The notes beneath the pieces are model-generated. The model searched no databases and was not told the origin of the DNA. It saw only the letters and a program-made list of their open reading frames with translations. A DNA stretch of 64,000 nucleotides from an uncultured Candidatus Saccharibacteria bacterium (GTDB lineage Bacteria; Patescibacteriota; Minisyncoccia; Phycocordibacterales; XYD1-FULL-46-19), in the NCBI GenBank assembly GCA_964510655.1, contig CAZEAY010000001.1:278330-342329 (forward strand), read 5' to 3'. Below, one piece after another: positions 62,350 through 64,000 of this stretch. Both the position numbers and the translations under genes were made by a program. Each line of letters starts with the position of its first letter. Positions within the stretch are counted from its first letter, which is position 1.

Positions 62350-64000
62350 TTATATTTTCTTAAGTTCTACGTCCAAGGCTAATCCTCTCAACTCATTCAA
62401 CATCACATTAAACGACGCTGGAATATTTGGTGGATTAATTGGTTCACCTTTGACCACAGAATCAAACGCCGATGACCGGCCCATAATATCATCAGACTTT
62501 ATTGTTAACATTTCACGAAGAGTGTAAGCCGCCCCATAACCTTCCAAGGCCCAGACTTCCATTTCTCCAAAACGCTGTCCTCCTCCTTGAGATCGTCCAC
62601 CAAGTGGCTGTTGAGTAATGAGAGAGTAGGGTCCAATACTACGCATGTGGATCTTGTCTTCAACCATGTGGGCTAATTTCAGAATATACATATAACCAAT
62701 AGCCACATCTTGTTCAAAAGCATCACCAGTTTGTCCATCAAACAATTTTACTTTTCCATCTTCATTGAAGCCGGCCAATTTTAATTCAGACTTAATTTCT
62801 TCTGCACCAACTCCCATGAAAACCGGAGTAATCGCCTGGTAACCTAAAGTACTAGCGGCTAAACCTAAGTGCATTTCAAAAATCTGCCCAAGGTTCATAC
62901 GAGAAGGCACACCAAGCGGAGTTAGAATCATATCTACAGGGCGACCATCAGCCATGTAAGGCATATCCTCTTCTGGCAATACTCGAGAAATAACACCTTT
63001 GTTTCCGTGACGTCCAGCCAACTTGTCTCCCACAGAAATATTGCGAATTTCGGCCACCTGAATATAAATCTTCTTAATGATTCCCGATTCCAGTTTGTCA
63101 CCTTGTTCGCGGGAGAAAACTTTCACACCAATTACCCGACCCTTTTTGCCGTGAGGCATCCGGAGAGAGGTATCTTTTACATCGCGAGCTTTTTCACCAA
63201 AAATCGAGCGAAGCAAACGCTCCTCTGGAGTTAACTCGGTTTCACCTTTTGGCGTAATTTTACCAACCAAGATGTCGCCTGGCTCAACTTCGGCACCAAT
63301 ACGAATGATTCCCTCTTCGTCTAAGTTTTTTAATTTAGCTTCACCAACATTTGGAATATCATGTGTAGTGATTTCTGGTCCAAGTTTAGTATCGCGAACA
63401 TTCACTTCATTTTCTTCAATATAAATACTAGTGAATTTACTATTCTTAACTAAACGCTCAGAAATAATAATAGCATCTTCATAGTTAGCTCCTTCCCAAG
63501 ACATGAAAGCAACTAAGGCGTTTTGTCCTAAAGCCATCTGCCCATCAACAGAAGAAGTGTTATCAGCTAAAAGTTCATTCTTTTTAACTTTTTGTCCTGG
63601 CAAAACTACCGGGCGTTGATGGAAAGAGGTGCTGTCAGCCGTCCGACTAAAGTTTACTAAATTATAGGTATCATATTTATCATCAGCCGTAACAACAACA
63701 ATTTTTTTACCGTCGGCCGACTTAACCGTTCCAGCGTTCCTAGCCAAAACCAAACGGCCAGAATCTAGAGCAGCTCGTTCTTCCATTCCTGTTGCTACCA
63801 AAGCGGCTTCCGGCAAAACACAAGGAACAGCCTGCTTCTGCATGTTTGAACCCATCAGTGCGCGGTTGGCATCATCGTGTTCCAAAAATGGCACCATTGA
63901 AGTCGCAATCGAGTAAGCCTGATTTGGAGCGACATCGATAAACTGTACCTTGGAACGAGGTACCAAAGATGGATGAGCGTTGGTTCGTGCTTCAACCATC
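62350..64000 (-). CDS. rpoB: RNA polymerase beta subunit, C-terminal part (5' end outside the window)
   Basis: [51 protein letters not shown]. Confidence 0.99.
   Translation of the reverse strand, partial: MVEARTNAHPSLVPRSKVQFIDVAPNQAYSIATSMVPFLEHDDANRALMGSNMQKQAVPCVLPEAALVATGMEERAALDSGRLVLARNAGTVKSADGKKIVVVTADDKYDTYNLVNFSRTADSTSFHQRPVVLPGQKVKKNELLADNTSSVDGQMALGQNALVAFMSWEGANYEDAIIISERLVKNSKFTSIYIEENEVNVRDTKLGPEITTHDIPNVGEAKLKNLDEEGIIRIGAEVEPGDILVGKITPKGETELTPEERLLRSIFGEKARDVKDTSLRMPHGKKGRVIGVKVFSREQGDKLESGIIKKIYIQVAEIRNISVGDKLAGRHGNKGVISRVLPEEDMPYMADGRPVDMILTPLGVPSRMNLGQIFEMHLGLAASTLGYQAITPVFMGVGAEEIKSELKLAGFNEDGKVKLFDGQTGDAFEQDVAIGYMYILKLAHMVEDKIHMRSIGPYSLITQQPLGGRSQGGGQRFGEMEVWALEGYGAAYTLREMLTIKSDDIMGRSSAFDSVVKGEPINPPNIPASFNVMLNELRGLALDVELKKI

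Overview
AT-rich bacterial chromosome segment. Gene content and style (fermentative central metabolism, minimal F-ATPase, rpoBC-dnaG-rpoD, many small membrane hypotheticals, few Shine-Dalgarno sites) suggest Patescibacteria/CPR (Parcubacteria-like); this is an inference. Most of the window is housekeeping: mreB, murA, priA-def-fmt, pyk, MacAB-like ABC exporters, atpBEFHAGDC, uppP, D-LDH, ppsA, eno, a cdaA-cdaR fusion, xseAB, prmC, rsmE, obgE, guaC, pepF, tsaC, a DsbA-like protein, rpoD, dnaG, rpoC, partial rpoB, tRNA-Asn(GTT) and tRNA-Ala(CGC). I saw no CRISPR array, transposase, integrase or prophage. The most interesting unexplained signals are: (1) a four-gene WxL/chaperone-like cell-surface fibre operon (2.6-7.4 kb); (2) a candidate small RNA with four C-rich YUCCCRC motifs, its own promoter and terminator (49.6-49.76 kb); (3) a nested inverted copy of the tRNA-Asn 3' end that can form alternative structures; (4) a structured three-way-junction element downstream of a GC-richer orphan gene (40.8-40.95 kb); (5) a pervasive leaderless '-10 box, 6-9 nt, ATG' architecture; (6) frameshifted tsaC and a frameshifted orphan; (7) a PriA with degenerate helicase motifs, and a SET-domain methyltransferase in the same window as a sigma70 with a histone-H1-like tail. 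All calls come from reading the sequence by eye, with no database searches or folding software.
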